Below are positions 1 to 8,783 of a DNA stretch of 64,000 bases, one piece after another. The translations under genes were made by a program, and so were the position numbers. The notes below the pieces were generated by a model. It was not told the DNA's origin, ran no database searches, and saw only the letters and a list, made by a program, of their open reading frames with translations. The first letter of the stretch is position 1. Each line of letters starts with the position of its first letter. Source of the stretch: an uncultured Gemmatimonadales bacterium (GTDB lineage: Bacteria; Gemmatimonadota; Gemmatimonadetes; Gemmatimonadales; GWC2-71-9); NCBI GenBank assembly GCA_963739455.1, contig CAVUAK010000001.1, positions 64,001 through 128,000 on the forward strand. Reading direction: 5' to 3'.

Positions 1-649
1 CAGCGCGCGCGCGGCGAGGACCTCGCTCGACGGTGGACATGCCGACCGCGTCGGCACCGAGCTTCTCGAGCATGCGGACTTCGGCCGGGGTCTCGTAGCT
101 GGGACCGAGGAGACCGGCATAGACGCCTTCCTCGAGCTGAATACCGCGATCGCGGGCGACGTCACGCGCGAGGGCGCGGAGGGCGGGATCCCAGGGGTCG
201 GACATGTCGGGAAAGCGCGTCTCACCGCTGCGCACGGCGCCGATCAACGGGCTCTGGAACTGAAGATTGATGTGATCGGCGATGAGCATGAGGGTGCCGG
301 GCTTGAACGTCCTCCGGATGCCACCCGCTGCGTTCGTCAACATCACAGTCCGGATACCTACCGCGGCGGCGGTGCGGACGGCGAGTGCACTGGTATCGGC
401 GTCGTGTCCCTCGTACATGTGGAAGCGGCCTGCCTGGGCGAGGACATCGCGACCGGCAAGCTGGCCGAGGACGAGTTCGCCCTTGTGGCCCTCGACGGTG
501 GGGATGGGGAAGCCGGGGATGTCGCGATAGGCGAGGCGCGTGGGCGCGGAGAGATGCTCGGCGAGATCGCCGAGGCCCGAGCCGAGGACGATGAGCGCCG
601 CAGGCTTCCGGCCCGCGAGGAATGCGGAGATGGCAGCGGCAGCGGTCAC
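1..649 (-). CDS. punA: Purine-nucleoside phosphorylase (PNP/xanthosine phosphorylase type), truncated by the window edge
   Basis: Manual translation from GTG at 649 (overlaps the nupC stop): MTAAAAISAFLAGRKPAALIVLGSGLG...EGVYAGLLGPSYETPAEVRMLEKLGADAVGMST. Probable 1-nt indel near 25. Absent from the ORF track because the gene runs off the edge. Confidence 0.9.
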   Translation of the reverse strand, partial: MTAAAAISAFLAGRKPAALIVLGSGLGDLAEHLSAPTRLAYRDIPGFPIPTVEGHKGELVLGQLAGRDVLAQAGRFHMYEGHDADTSALAVRTAAAVGIRTVMLTNAAGGIRRTFKPGTLMLIADHINLQFQSPLIGAVRSGETRFPDMSDPWDPALRALARDVARDRGIQLEEGVYAGLLGPSYETPAEVRMLEKLGADAVGMSTVERGPRRARA

Positions 650-1950
650 AGCAGCATCCCCGCCAAGCTCGCGGACATGAAGCCGGCGAGGTTGCCGACG
701 ATCATGGCGCGCAGGCCGAAACGGGCGACGTCGGAGCGGCGCTCAGGCGCCAAGCCACCGACGACGCCGACCTGGATACCGATGGTGGCGATGTTGGCGA
801 ATCCAAGCAGCGCGTATGTGGCGATGATCCTGCTGCGGGGATCGAGGACCATCCCCGCGGCGAGGTCCGCGGCGAACTGCTTGTACGCGACGAGATCAAC
901 GAGGGAGACCTTGAGCGCAATGAGTCCGCCGACGTAGGCGGTGTCAGCCCAGGGCACACCCATGATGAAGACCAGCGGTCGAAGCAACTGTCCGCCGATG
1001 ACCTGCAAGCTGGCTTCGGGATGCCCCATGAGCCCACCGAGCCAGCCGAGTCCGGCGTTGAGCAGCGCCACGAGACCCACCAGGGCGATCACGATGGCCA
1101 CGATGTTGATGGCCACCTGCATGCCCTTGAGCGCCCCATTGGAGATTGCATCGAGGACACCAGAATCGGTCCTCTCGACCGCAACGTCGAGCGAGTCGGC
1201 CGTGACGGGCACTCCCGTCTCCGGCAGGAGAATCTTGCTGAGCAGAAGAGCGCCCGCTGCGTTCAGGACGCTGGCTGCCACGAGACTTCCGCCAACGCCG
1301 CCGATCTGGGGCTGCAGGAACGCCACGTACACCGCCATCACGGCGCTGGACGCCGTGGCGAAGCTCACCACCATGAGGCACACGAGTTCGGACTGCGTGA
1401 GGCGGGCGATGAAGGGCTTGATGAGCAGCGGCACCTGTGCCGCCCCCAGGAAAATGTTGGCGGCCGCGGCAAGGGTCTCGGCGCCGGAGGTCCGGATGGT
1501 TTTCTGGAGGACCCAGGCAATGCCCTTCACGATCGGGTTCATGACGCCGAGATAGTAGAGCAGCGACATCAATGCGGAAAAGAAGATGATGGTCGGCACC
1601 ACACCAAAGGCGAACGTCGCCCCGGTGCGAACGACGAAGCCTGCGCTGACGTCGAAGGCGCCGGCGGGACCAGGGACGCCGACCGCAACATCGGGCTGGA
1701 CCAGGTTACCGAAGACGAAGCGCGCGCCCTGTTCCTGGAACCGCAGCAACGCGTTGAACGCCATCCCGATGCGGCTGAACAGCGCCTGACCCGCACCGGT
1801 CTTCAGCATGAGCACCGCGAGTCCGCCCTGGAGCGCCAGGCCCAGCGCGACGCGGCGCCACTTGATGCTCCTCCTGTCATACGACAGCAGCACGGTCAGC
1901 AGCACCATCGTGGCGACGCCGAGCAAGCCGATGAGGCGGGACGCGTTCAT
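646..1950 (-). CDS. nupC: NupC/CNT-family concentrative nucleoside transporter
   Basis: 434-aa hydrophobic ORF with GARFVFG, PTIIFFSAL, SGAETL and YALLGFANIATIGI motifs. Confidence 0.9.
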   Translation of the reverse strand: MNASRLIGLLGVATMVLLTVLLSYDRRSIKWRRVALGLALQGGLAVLMLKTGAGQALFSRIGMAFNALLRFQEQGARFVFGNLVQPDVAVGVPGPAGAFDVSAGFVVRTGATFAFGVVPTIIFFSALMSLLYYLGVMNPIVKGIAWVLQKTIRTSGAETLAAAANIFLGAAQVPLLIKPFIARLTQSELVCLMVVSFATASSAVMAVYVAFLQPQIGGVGGSLVAASVLNAAGALLLSKILLPETGVPVTADSLDVAVERTDSGVLDAISNGALKGMQVAINIVAIVIALVGLVALLNAGLGWLGGLMGHPEASLQVIGGQLLRPLVFIMGVPWADTAYVGGLIALKVSLVDLVAYKQFAADLAAGMVLDPRSRIIATYALLGFANIATIGIQVGVVGGLAPERRSDVARFGLRAMIVGNLAGFMSASLAGMLL

Positions 1951-3186
1951 CAGAGCAGCATCCCCGCAATGGTGGCGGACAGGAAGTTCGCGAGCGTGCC
2001 GGCGAGCATGGCGCGGAAGCCGAGCCGGGCGAGGTCATCCTTGCGCTCGGGGACGAGGGCACCGATGCCGCCGATCTGGATGCCGACCGACGCGAAGTTG
2101 GCGAAGCCGGCGAGCGCGAACGACGCGATGGTGAAGGAGCGCGGGTCGAGCGTGTCCTTGAGCTGCCCGAGCTGGGCAAAGGCGATGAACTCATTCAGCA
2201 CCGCGCGGGTGCCGAGCAGGCCGCCGATGACGCCGCTGTCAGCCCAGCTGACGCCCATCACCCAGGCGACGGGACGGCCGATCCAGGAGAGCACGGTCTG
2301 GAGGTTCTCGGGCATCCAGGGGAGCCAGTCATGGAAGAGCCCGAAGATGCCGTTCACCAGTGCCACGAGCGCCACGAAGGCCACGAGCATGGCGATGACG
2401 TTGAGCATGAGGTGCAGGCCCTCGCTGGTACCGCGCGCGGCGGCGGCCACGAGGTTCACGTCGGCCTTCGGGATGTCGAGATCGACGTTGCCGAAGGTCT
2501 CGGGGTGGCCGTCCTCGGGCTCGAAGATCTTGGCCATCATGATGGTGCCGGGCGCGGTCATGATCACGGCAGTGAGAAGATGCTTCGCGTCCACGCCAAA
2601 GGCTATGTACGCCACCATGATCGAGCCGGAGATGTGGGCCATGCCGGCGGTCATCACCGTCATGAGCTCGGAGCGGGTCATCTTCGGCGAGGAAGGGCCG
2701 GATGGTGAGCGGCGCCTCGGTCTGTCCCATGAAGATGGACGCGGCGACATCGAGACTCTCGGCGCCGGACGTCCGCATGAGCTTCGCCATGACGATGGCG
2801 AACACGCGCACGATGACCTGCATGATGCCGAGGTAGTACATGATCGCGAAGAGGGCGGAGACGAAGATGATCGCCGGGAGGATCTGGAAGGCGAACACGA
2901 CGCCGATGCTGCTGTGCTGCTTGCCGAGCTCGCCGAAGACGAACTCGCTGCCCTGATAGCTGTAGTTGAGGACGGTGGTGACCAGGTCACCGAGCTTGCG
3001 GAAGAGAACCTGTCCGGCGGGGACGCGCAGGACGAAGATGGCGAAGATGAACTGGAGGGCGAACCCCCAGGCAACGACGACCCAGGGGATCTGGCGGCGA
3101 TTGCGGGAGAAGAGCACGGCGACCGCGATGAAGACGACGAGGCCGAGGATGCCGCGGAAGCGATCGATGAGGGGAAGGCCGTCCAC
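1950..3186 (-). CDS. nupC: Second NupC/CNT-family nucleoside transporter (frameshift near 2685)
   Basis: N-half in ORF 2329..3186 (GSEFVFG, SIFMGQTEAP); C-half in ORF 1950..3074 (LNEFIAF, FALAGFANFASVGIQIG). Confidence 0.88.
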
Positions 3187-4211
3187 TATTGGATGCCCGC
3201 CAGTTCGTCGCGCACGGAGGCGACGAGCTTCTGGCGCTCAGGCCAGGGGAGAAACGCCGACTCGAATCCGTTCAGGATCATGCGGTCGATCTCCGGCCGG
3301 GTGAACCCGAGCGCCATGTGCGCGAGCCAGTACTCGTCGGTGAGGGAGACGCCGCACATGAGCCAGCTGTCGGTGCAGAGGGTCACGTTGAGCCCGCGAT
3401 CGAAGTAGTCGCGCACCGGGTGTGCGGCGGCCACCTTCACGGCGTGGGTCTGCAGGTTGCTGGTGATGTTGACCTCGAGGGTGATGCGGCGATCGCGGAC
3501 GTAGTCGCGGAGTCGCGGATCCTCATAGAGCCGGGTCCCGTGCCCGATGCGGTCGGCATGGCAGAGATCGATCGCCTCGGCGATCGACTCGGCACCGGCG
3601 GCCTCGCCGGCGTGCACGGTGATGCCGAGCCGACCCTCCTGGGCCAGGTCAAAGGCATCGGCATGGGCGCCGCAGGGGCGGCCGGCCTCGCCGCCGGCGA
3701 GGTCGAAGGCAACGACGCCCTGGTCGCGGTAGCGCACGGAGGCTTCTGCGATGCGGAACGACACTTCGGGTTCGTAGTGGCGGAGCGAGCAGTTGATCAT
3801 GCGGGTGATCACGCCGAAGTCCTGCTCGCCGCGGGCCAGCCCTCGCAGCTCGGCCTCGATGGCCTCGTCGAGCGAGAGGCCCTGCTTGGTGCTGAGATGG
3901 GGGCAGTAGCGCACCTCCAAGTAGCGGAGATGATCACGCTGCGCATCCTCGCACATTTCGTATGCCACCCGCTCGATGGCCTCCGGCGTCTGCAGCACCG
4001 CGACGGTGGTGTCGAACTTCTTCAGGAACTCCTCGAGGTCATGCGCGTGATCGACGAGCATGAACTTCCGGATGACGTCGGGGTCGGACGATGGGAGCGA
4101 CGTCCCGGCGGCGCGGGAGAGCTCGATCAGGGTTTCGGGGCGAAGCGAGCCATCGAGGTGGACGTGGAGTTCGGCCTTGGGGAGCCGGGCGATGAGGTCA
4201 CGAGTGAGCAC
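3186..4211 (-). CDS. add: Adenosine deaminase
   Basis: PKAELHVHLDGS, YLEVRYCP, FDLAGGE, TVHAGE, RIGHG and TLCTD motifs. Confidence 0.95.
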   Translation of the reverse strand: MLTRDLIARLPKAELHVHLDGSLRPETLIELSRAAGTSLPSSDPDVIRKFMLVDHAHDLEEFLKKFDTTVAVLQTPEAIERVAYEMCEDAQRDHLRYLEVRYCPHLSTKQGLSLDEAIEAELRGLARGEQDFGVITRMINCSLRHYEPEVSFRIAEASVRYRDQGVVAFDLAGGEAGRPCGAHADAFDLAQEGRLGITVHAGEAAGAESIAEAIDLCHADRIGHGTRLYEDPRLRDYVRDRRITLEVNITSNLQTHAVKVAAAHPVRDYFDRGLNVTLCTDSWLMCGVSLTDEYWLAHMALGFTRPEIDRMILNGFESAFLPWPERQKLVASVRDELAGIQ

Positions 4212-4441
4212 TAGGACGTGAGGACGTGAGGACGTGAGGACGTGAAGACACGGAGGATCGATCCCGGACCGACTGCCTCTGTGGGGGAGATCTCGATCCC
4301 CCTCGCGTCGGTGACACGGGCCGCACCCGCGGCGACTGCCGCGCCGAGCGTCGCGTCGAACGCGGTCACCGCATCGGCGACGGTGGCGGGTGCCGCGAGG
4401 TCCACCGGCTTCTCGTTGACGAAGACCCGGATGTCGCTCAC
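4211..4441 (-). CDS. Small ThiS/MoaD-like (beta-grasp) hypothetical protein without C-terminal GG
   Basis: 76 aa, IRVFVNEKPVDL...ATVADAV; overlaps both neighbouring genes. Confidence 0.65.
   Translation of the reverse strand: MSDIRVFVNEKPVDLAAPATVADAVTAFDATLGAAVAAGAARVTDARGIEISPTEAVGPGSILRVFTSSRPHVLTS
4214..4246 (-). repeat. Octamer tandem repeat (CTCACGTC)x4 encoding the C-terminal tail of the small protein
   Basis: Plus strand reads ggacgtga ggacgtga ggacgtga ggacgtga. Confidence 0.9.
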
Positions 4442-7400
4442 TTCCCCTTCTGCACGAAGGTGGTCGAGGTCGGGGCCTTCACCGGCTGCGCCATGCGCTT
4501 GAGGTAGAGCTCGAGCACCTCGATGTCGCCCATCATCTCGCGCTCCTGCGGCTTGCCCACGAGCATGGTGTAACCGCTCCCGCCGCTGGCGAGGAAGTCA
4601 TTCACGGCGAAGCGATAGGTCTCGCTGTCGCGGAACTTGCGCTTGCCGGGGAACTCGATCTCGACGATGCGCTGGCCGGGCGGCTTGGTGCTGTCCCAGG
4701 TGACGGTGACCCCGGAGACGTGCGCCGTCGGCGCGCCTGTCTCCAGCGCATGCTCGATGGTGGCGCGGACTTCCTTGCCACTCAATAGCAGCACCACGAC
4801 CTGGTTCCCGAAGGGCTGCAGCACAAAGAGGTTTTCGTAAGTGACGGCACCCGATGGGAGGCTCGCGCGGATGCCGCTGTTGTTCATGAGCGAGATATCG
4901 GCGCGGAGGAGGTTGCGCTGCGCATCGGCGATGAAGGTGCCGAGCGGGTACTCGCCGTCGTCGTGTTCCTTGTCGAGCGGCTGGGCGAGGGTCGCGACCT
5001 GACGGGAGGCGAGCGGCGCGGTCTGCTTCCGGACCTGGTAGGTCAGCTCACCGAGCGCGCTGTCGGGCGTGACCTGGTCGACATAGGCAGGGCGCACGTC
5101 GATGTACCCGCGGAAGCCGCCGTCGGCGCGACGCACGAGATCGGTGACCCCGATGGCGGCGCCACTCGAGCGGGACTCGACGATGGGAATGCCATTCACC
5201 TCGGTGGCGAGCTTCACGTGAGTGTGACCGGCGACGATGAGGTCCACGGACCCGGCGGGGAGCTGCTTCGCCAGGTCGAAGATCTCGCCGCTGCAACCGG
5301 ACTGCTCGCAGAACCCGCCTTCATGCGCGAGCAGGATGACCACGCTGGGGCGCTTCGCCTTCACCTCGTCGAGGACGTCGGCGATGGCGGGGAGCCCGGT
5401 GCGCCAGCGAAGTCCCGCAGTGTTCTCGGGGCGCACCATGCTCTTGGTGCCGCCGGCCATGTAGCCGATGACCGCGACGCGCAGGCTGTCGACCTGGATC
5501 ATTGCCCAGGGCTTCACCCAGTCGGGGCGCCTGCCGGTGGCGGAGTCGACGAGGTTGGCGGCGAGCCAGGCGTACTTCGACTCAGCCATGCGCGCGCGCA
5601 GGGTGTCGACGCCCCAGTCGAGCTCGTGATTGCCGATCGCGGCTGCGGCGATCTTCATCCGGTTCATCGCCTGGATGGTGGAGCGCCCGAAGAGGAGGCC
5701 CGACTCCAGGGTGCCCTGCATTTCGTCGCCAGCATCGAGGCGAATGGTGGGGCAACGGCACTGCGCCGTGGCGGAGTCCATCATGGCGTCGAGGACGGCG
5801 ACGCCGCCCACCTGGCGGGCATCGGTGGTCGACGACGCGCGAGGGAAGAGTGCCCCGTGCAGGTCGTTCATGCTGAGGACACGCAGCAGCACCGAGTCGC
5901 GCATGCGCGCCGCGCGGGGCCTCGCCTCGGCGGCGGTGCCGAAGAGGAGGCGTACCTGCTGGTCGGCGGCGGGCGGGACGATGCGCCAATCCTTCTCGGC
6001 GTAGTCGTTGGGGTCGAGCACCTTCTTCTGCTCGACGCTGGCGGTGAGGAGGTCGCGAATGGACTCGCCGCGGTCGTAGATGACGGGAGCACCGGCGACG
6101 ACGCCGTAGCCGCCAGCACCGGTCGCCCGATAGCTGTTGATCGCCATCGTGAAGCTGTCGGCGGGAGCGACGTCGGCGCCCTTGTAGCGCAGGTTGCGGA
6201 TGCGGGATCCGACGGGCTGCGAGAGGTCGATGTCGTATGCGACCCCGCTCACGATGTCGAAGTTGTAGCCGGCGATGCCCGGATCGATGCCGATCTTGCC
6301 GTCCTTCAAGGAGTAGTACTTCGCGCTCTGCTCGAGGTAGACGCGGAGCTGCGCGCCGGTGATGCGAATCGCCTTGAGCGTGTTCTCGTACGGATAGATG
6401 CCGGCGATCGCTCCGCGGGAGACGTCACCCTCAGGAATCCCACTCTCGAGGCGGAATACCGATGTCGCGGAGAGCTGGGCGCCGGTCTTCTGTCGCTGCA
6501 CGGCGTTCATCCAGTTGACGAGCGGCGTGGCGCCGACCCGACCGTAGCGGGCGGGCATGGCGGCGGTGGCTCGACCGATGGGAGTGCCGAGCCAGCGACG
6601 GGCATCGTCGCCGGGCCCGGCGAGGATGTTCTGAATGCGCTGGTTGACGGGCACGTCGGCGAGAGGGACGATCTCGGGAATGACCGAGACGACTTTCCAT
6701 CGCCCGCTGCCGGTGCGCTCCAGGAGAACCTGGGTGACGCTCAGCGACTGGGCCCAGAAATTCGGCTGGGTGAAGTGGGTCCGCCCGATGAGCGAGTCGC
6801 GGAGTTCCTTGTGGGTGTGTCCCACGACGACGAGATCGGGTGCATCGGGAATGCGGCCGAGCATGGCGGCGTCATTCTCGGGGCCAATGCCGGTGGTGTC
6901 GTAGGTGGAAGGCGCGCTGAGTCCGCTGTGCACGATCATGATCGAGAGATCGGCATCGAGGCGCATCTGGCGCGCAAGCGTGGGCGCCGACTGGGCGAGA
7001 TTGGCGACGCGCACCTGTCCCCCGAGCTCCTGCTTGTCCCAGATCATCACGCCGGGCGTGGTCAGGCCGCCTACGGCGACGCGGATCGGGCCGCGACGAA
7101 TGACCGCATGAGAGGGAAAGAGCAGGGTGTCGGCGGGGACGGTCCAGATGTTCCCGCTCACGAACCTGAACCTGGCACCCGATGCGGCACCGGTGAGGAA
7201 GGGCAGGCCAAAGTCGAAATCGTGGTTGCCCGGCGTCGCGGCATCGTAGCCCATCGCGTTCATCGCGTTGATGATCGGATGGGGGGTCTGGGGCTCCTTC
7301 GCGAGGAAGGCGGCGAAGGGGCTGCCCTGCAGGAGGTCGCCGGCATCAACGAGAACGACTTGTTCGGGGTACAGTCTACGGAGGGAGTCGACGACGGTCG

Positions 7401-7554
7401 CGGCGCGGGTGAGGCCGCCCTGGAACGGGCGCTCGAGCGCGTAGTCCCAGGCGGTGGCGTTGCCGTGCACGTCGGTGGTGGCCACGATGACGACTCGGGC
7501 CGTGTCTGCCGGAGCCGCGAAGCTGAGGCAGGCCAACAGGATGGCTTGGACCAT
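4438..7554 (-). CDS. Secreted YfkN-like multifunctional nucleotide phosphoesterase (two tandem metallophosphoesterase + 5'-nucleotidase-C modules)
   Basis: Signal-like N-terminus from ATG 7554. Module 1: TTDVHG/DAGD/GNHDFD/GHTH. Module 2: MNDLHG/DAGD/GNHELD/GHTH. Confidence 0.9.
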   Translation of the reverse strand: MVQAILLACLSFAAPADTARVVIVATTDVHGNATAWDYALERPFQGGLTRAATVVDSLRRLYPEQVVLVDAGDLLQGSPFAAFLAKEPQTPHPIINAMNAMGYDAATPGNHDFDFGLPFLTGAASGARFRFVSGNIWTVPADTLLFPSHAVIRRGPIRVAVGGLTTPGVMIWDKQELGGQVRVANLAQSAPTLARQMRLDADLSIMIVHSGLSAPSTYDTTGIGPENDAAMLGRIPDAPDLVVVGHTHKELRDSLIGRTHFTQPNFWAQSLSVTQVLLERTGSGRWKVVSVIPEIVPLADVPVNQRIQNILAGPGDDARRWLGTPIGRATAAMPARYGRVGATPLVNWMNAVQRQKTGAQLSATSVFRLESGIPEGDVSRGAIAGIYPYENTLKAIRITGAQLRVYLEQSAKYYSLKDGKIGIDPGIAGYNFDIVSGVAYDIDLSQPVGSRIRNLRYKGADVAPADSFTMAINSYRATGAGGYGVVAGAPVIYDRGESIRDLLTASVEQKKVLDPNDYAEKDWRIVPPAADQQVRLLFGTAAEARPRAARMRDSVLLRVLSMNDLHGALFPRASSTTDARQVGGVAVLDAMMDSATAQCRCPTIRLDAGDEMQGTLESGLLFGRSTIQAMNRMKIAAAAIGNHELDWGVDTLRARMAESKYAWLAANLVDSATGRRPDWVKPWAMIQVDSLRVAVIGYMAGGTKSMVRPENTAGLRWRTGLPAIADVLDEVKAKRPSVVILLAHEGGFCEQSGCSGEIFDLAKQLPAGSVDLIVAGHTHVKLATEVNGIPIVESRSSGAAIGVTDLVRRADGGFRGYIDVRPAYVDQVTPDSALGELTYQVRKQTAPLASRQVATLAQPLDKEHDDGEYPLGTFIADAQRNLLRADISLMNNSGIRASLPSGAVTYENLFVLQPFGNQVVVLLLSGKEVRATIEHALETGAPTAHVSGVTVTWDSTKPPGQRIVEIEFPGKRKFRDSETYRFAVNDFLASGGSGYTMLVGKPQEREMMGDIEVLELYLKRMAQPVKAPTSTTFVQKGK

Positions 7555-7625
7555 TGGGTGGTAATATCCCCGGTTTGGGGGGCAGTTGGAAGCCACCGGG
7601 CTTCCGGTGCCAAGGAGGGGCCAAT

Positions 7626-7653
7626 GTCGCAATCGTGTAACCGCTCTTGCGAC
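7626..7653. promoter_or_regulatory. Inverted repeat GTCGCAA-N14-TTGCGAC in the divergent intergenic region, overlapping a minus-strand GTTACA-N5-GCGACA direct repeat
   Basis: Read directly; candidate ArsR operator and/or Pho-like box. Confidence 0.4.
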
Positions 7654-7687
7654 GGAGTCGGGGGGGAGCGTATTCGTTTCCGCGTAT

Positions 7688-8056
7688 ATGGCTAAGCCAT
7701 CACCCACGGAACTGCTGCAGGCGGTCGCCGAACCGACCCGGTTGCGGATCCTCAACTGCCTTGCGGCGGCGCCGCTGTTCGTGGCGGACCTGCAGGATGT
7801 GCTGGCGCTGCCGCAACCGACGGTCTCGCGTCACCTGCAGATATTGCGGAAGGCGGACCTGGTGCGGGACACGCCGATCGCGCCGTTCGTGCTGTACCGT
7901 CTCAAGCGGGGTGCCGGTCCGCTGGCGAAGATGCTGGATTCGATCCTGTCGGCGCTGGCGGAACTGGAGCCGACGCGCACGGAGCGGACCCGGGCGCGGG
8001 AGCGCAGCCGGGCCGAGTATACGTCACGCGTGAGTGAACCGGCTGGGGACATATGA
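7688..8056 (+). CDS. ArsR/SmtB-family transcriptional regulator
   Basis: AVAEPTRLRILNCL...LPQPTVSRHLQILRKADLV winged HTH. Confidence 0.9.
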   Translation: MAKPSPTELLQAVAEPTRLRILNCLAAAPLFVADLQDVLALPQPTVSRHLQILRKADLVRDTPIAPFVLYRLKRGAGPLAKMLDSILSALAELEPTRTERTRARERSRAEYTSRVSEPAGDI

Positions 8057-8075
8057 GCCGGGTGAGAGGAGAGCC

Positions 8076-8783
8076 ATGACGCATCGCATTCTCGTGGTGG
8101 ACGACGAGCCGGACATCACCGCGCTCGTAGCGTACCACCTGGCGAAGACGGGGTACCGGGTCTCCACGGCCACCAATGGCGCTGATGCGCTGAGGTCGGC
8201 GCGGGAGGAACGGCCGGACATCGTGGTGCTCGACCTGATGCTGCCGGGATTGTCGGGGTACGAGGTGCTCGCCGAGCTGAGGAAGCGGGACGAGACACGC
8301 GACGTGGGCGTGATCCTGCTGACGGCGCGGCGCGAGGAGGCGGACCGGATCAAGGGCCTGTCGCTTGGTGCGGATGATTACCTGACCAAGCCATTCTCCC
8401 CTCATGAACTGGCTCTCCGCGTGGCAGCCCTGCTGCGGCGGCTGGCGTCGCCGGCGGTGTCGGGCGGCTCCATGATGGCGGCCGGCCCGATTACCATTGA
8501 TCGCGCAGCGCACAAGGTGATGCTCGACGGCCAGGAGCTGCAGCTCACGTCGACCGAGTTCAAGCTGCTGCTGACGCTGCTGGAGCGTCGCGGGCGAGTG
8601 CAGACGCGGCCGCAGCTGCTGGAGACGGTGTGGGAGGCGCAGCCTGACATCCAGACTCGGACGGTGGACATGCACGTGCAGCGATTGCGCACAAAACTTG
8701 GTGAGCACGGCCCCCTCATCGAGACGGTTCGCGGGTTCGGTTACCGCTTCAGGGGCACGGACAAGGTGAGCAAAACGAGGTGA
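8076..8783 (+). CDS. phoB: OmpR/PhoB-family response regulator
   Basis: ILVVDDE, LDLMLPG, GADDYLTKPF, RTVDMHVQRLR, ETVRGFGY; located in a pst cluster. Confidence 0.85.
   Translation: MTHRILVVDDEPDITALVAYHLAKTGYRVSTATNGADALRSAREERPDIVVLDLMLPGLSGYEVLAELRKRDETRDVGVILLTARREEADRIKGLSLGADDYLTKPFSPHELALRVAALLRRLASPAVSGGSMMAAGPITIDRAAHKVMLDGQELQLTSTEFKLLLTLLERRGRVQTRPQLLETVWEAQPDIQTRTVDMHVQRLRTKLGEHGPLIETVRGFGYRFRGTDKVSKTR

Noticed and set aside
622..7695. Very long plus-strand ORFs (622..3408, 3189..4214, 4963..7695) and similar antisense ORFs elsewhere
   Set aside because: Shadow ORFs opposite clearly identified genes in high-GC DNA, with no recognisable motifs.
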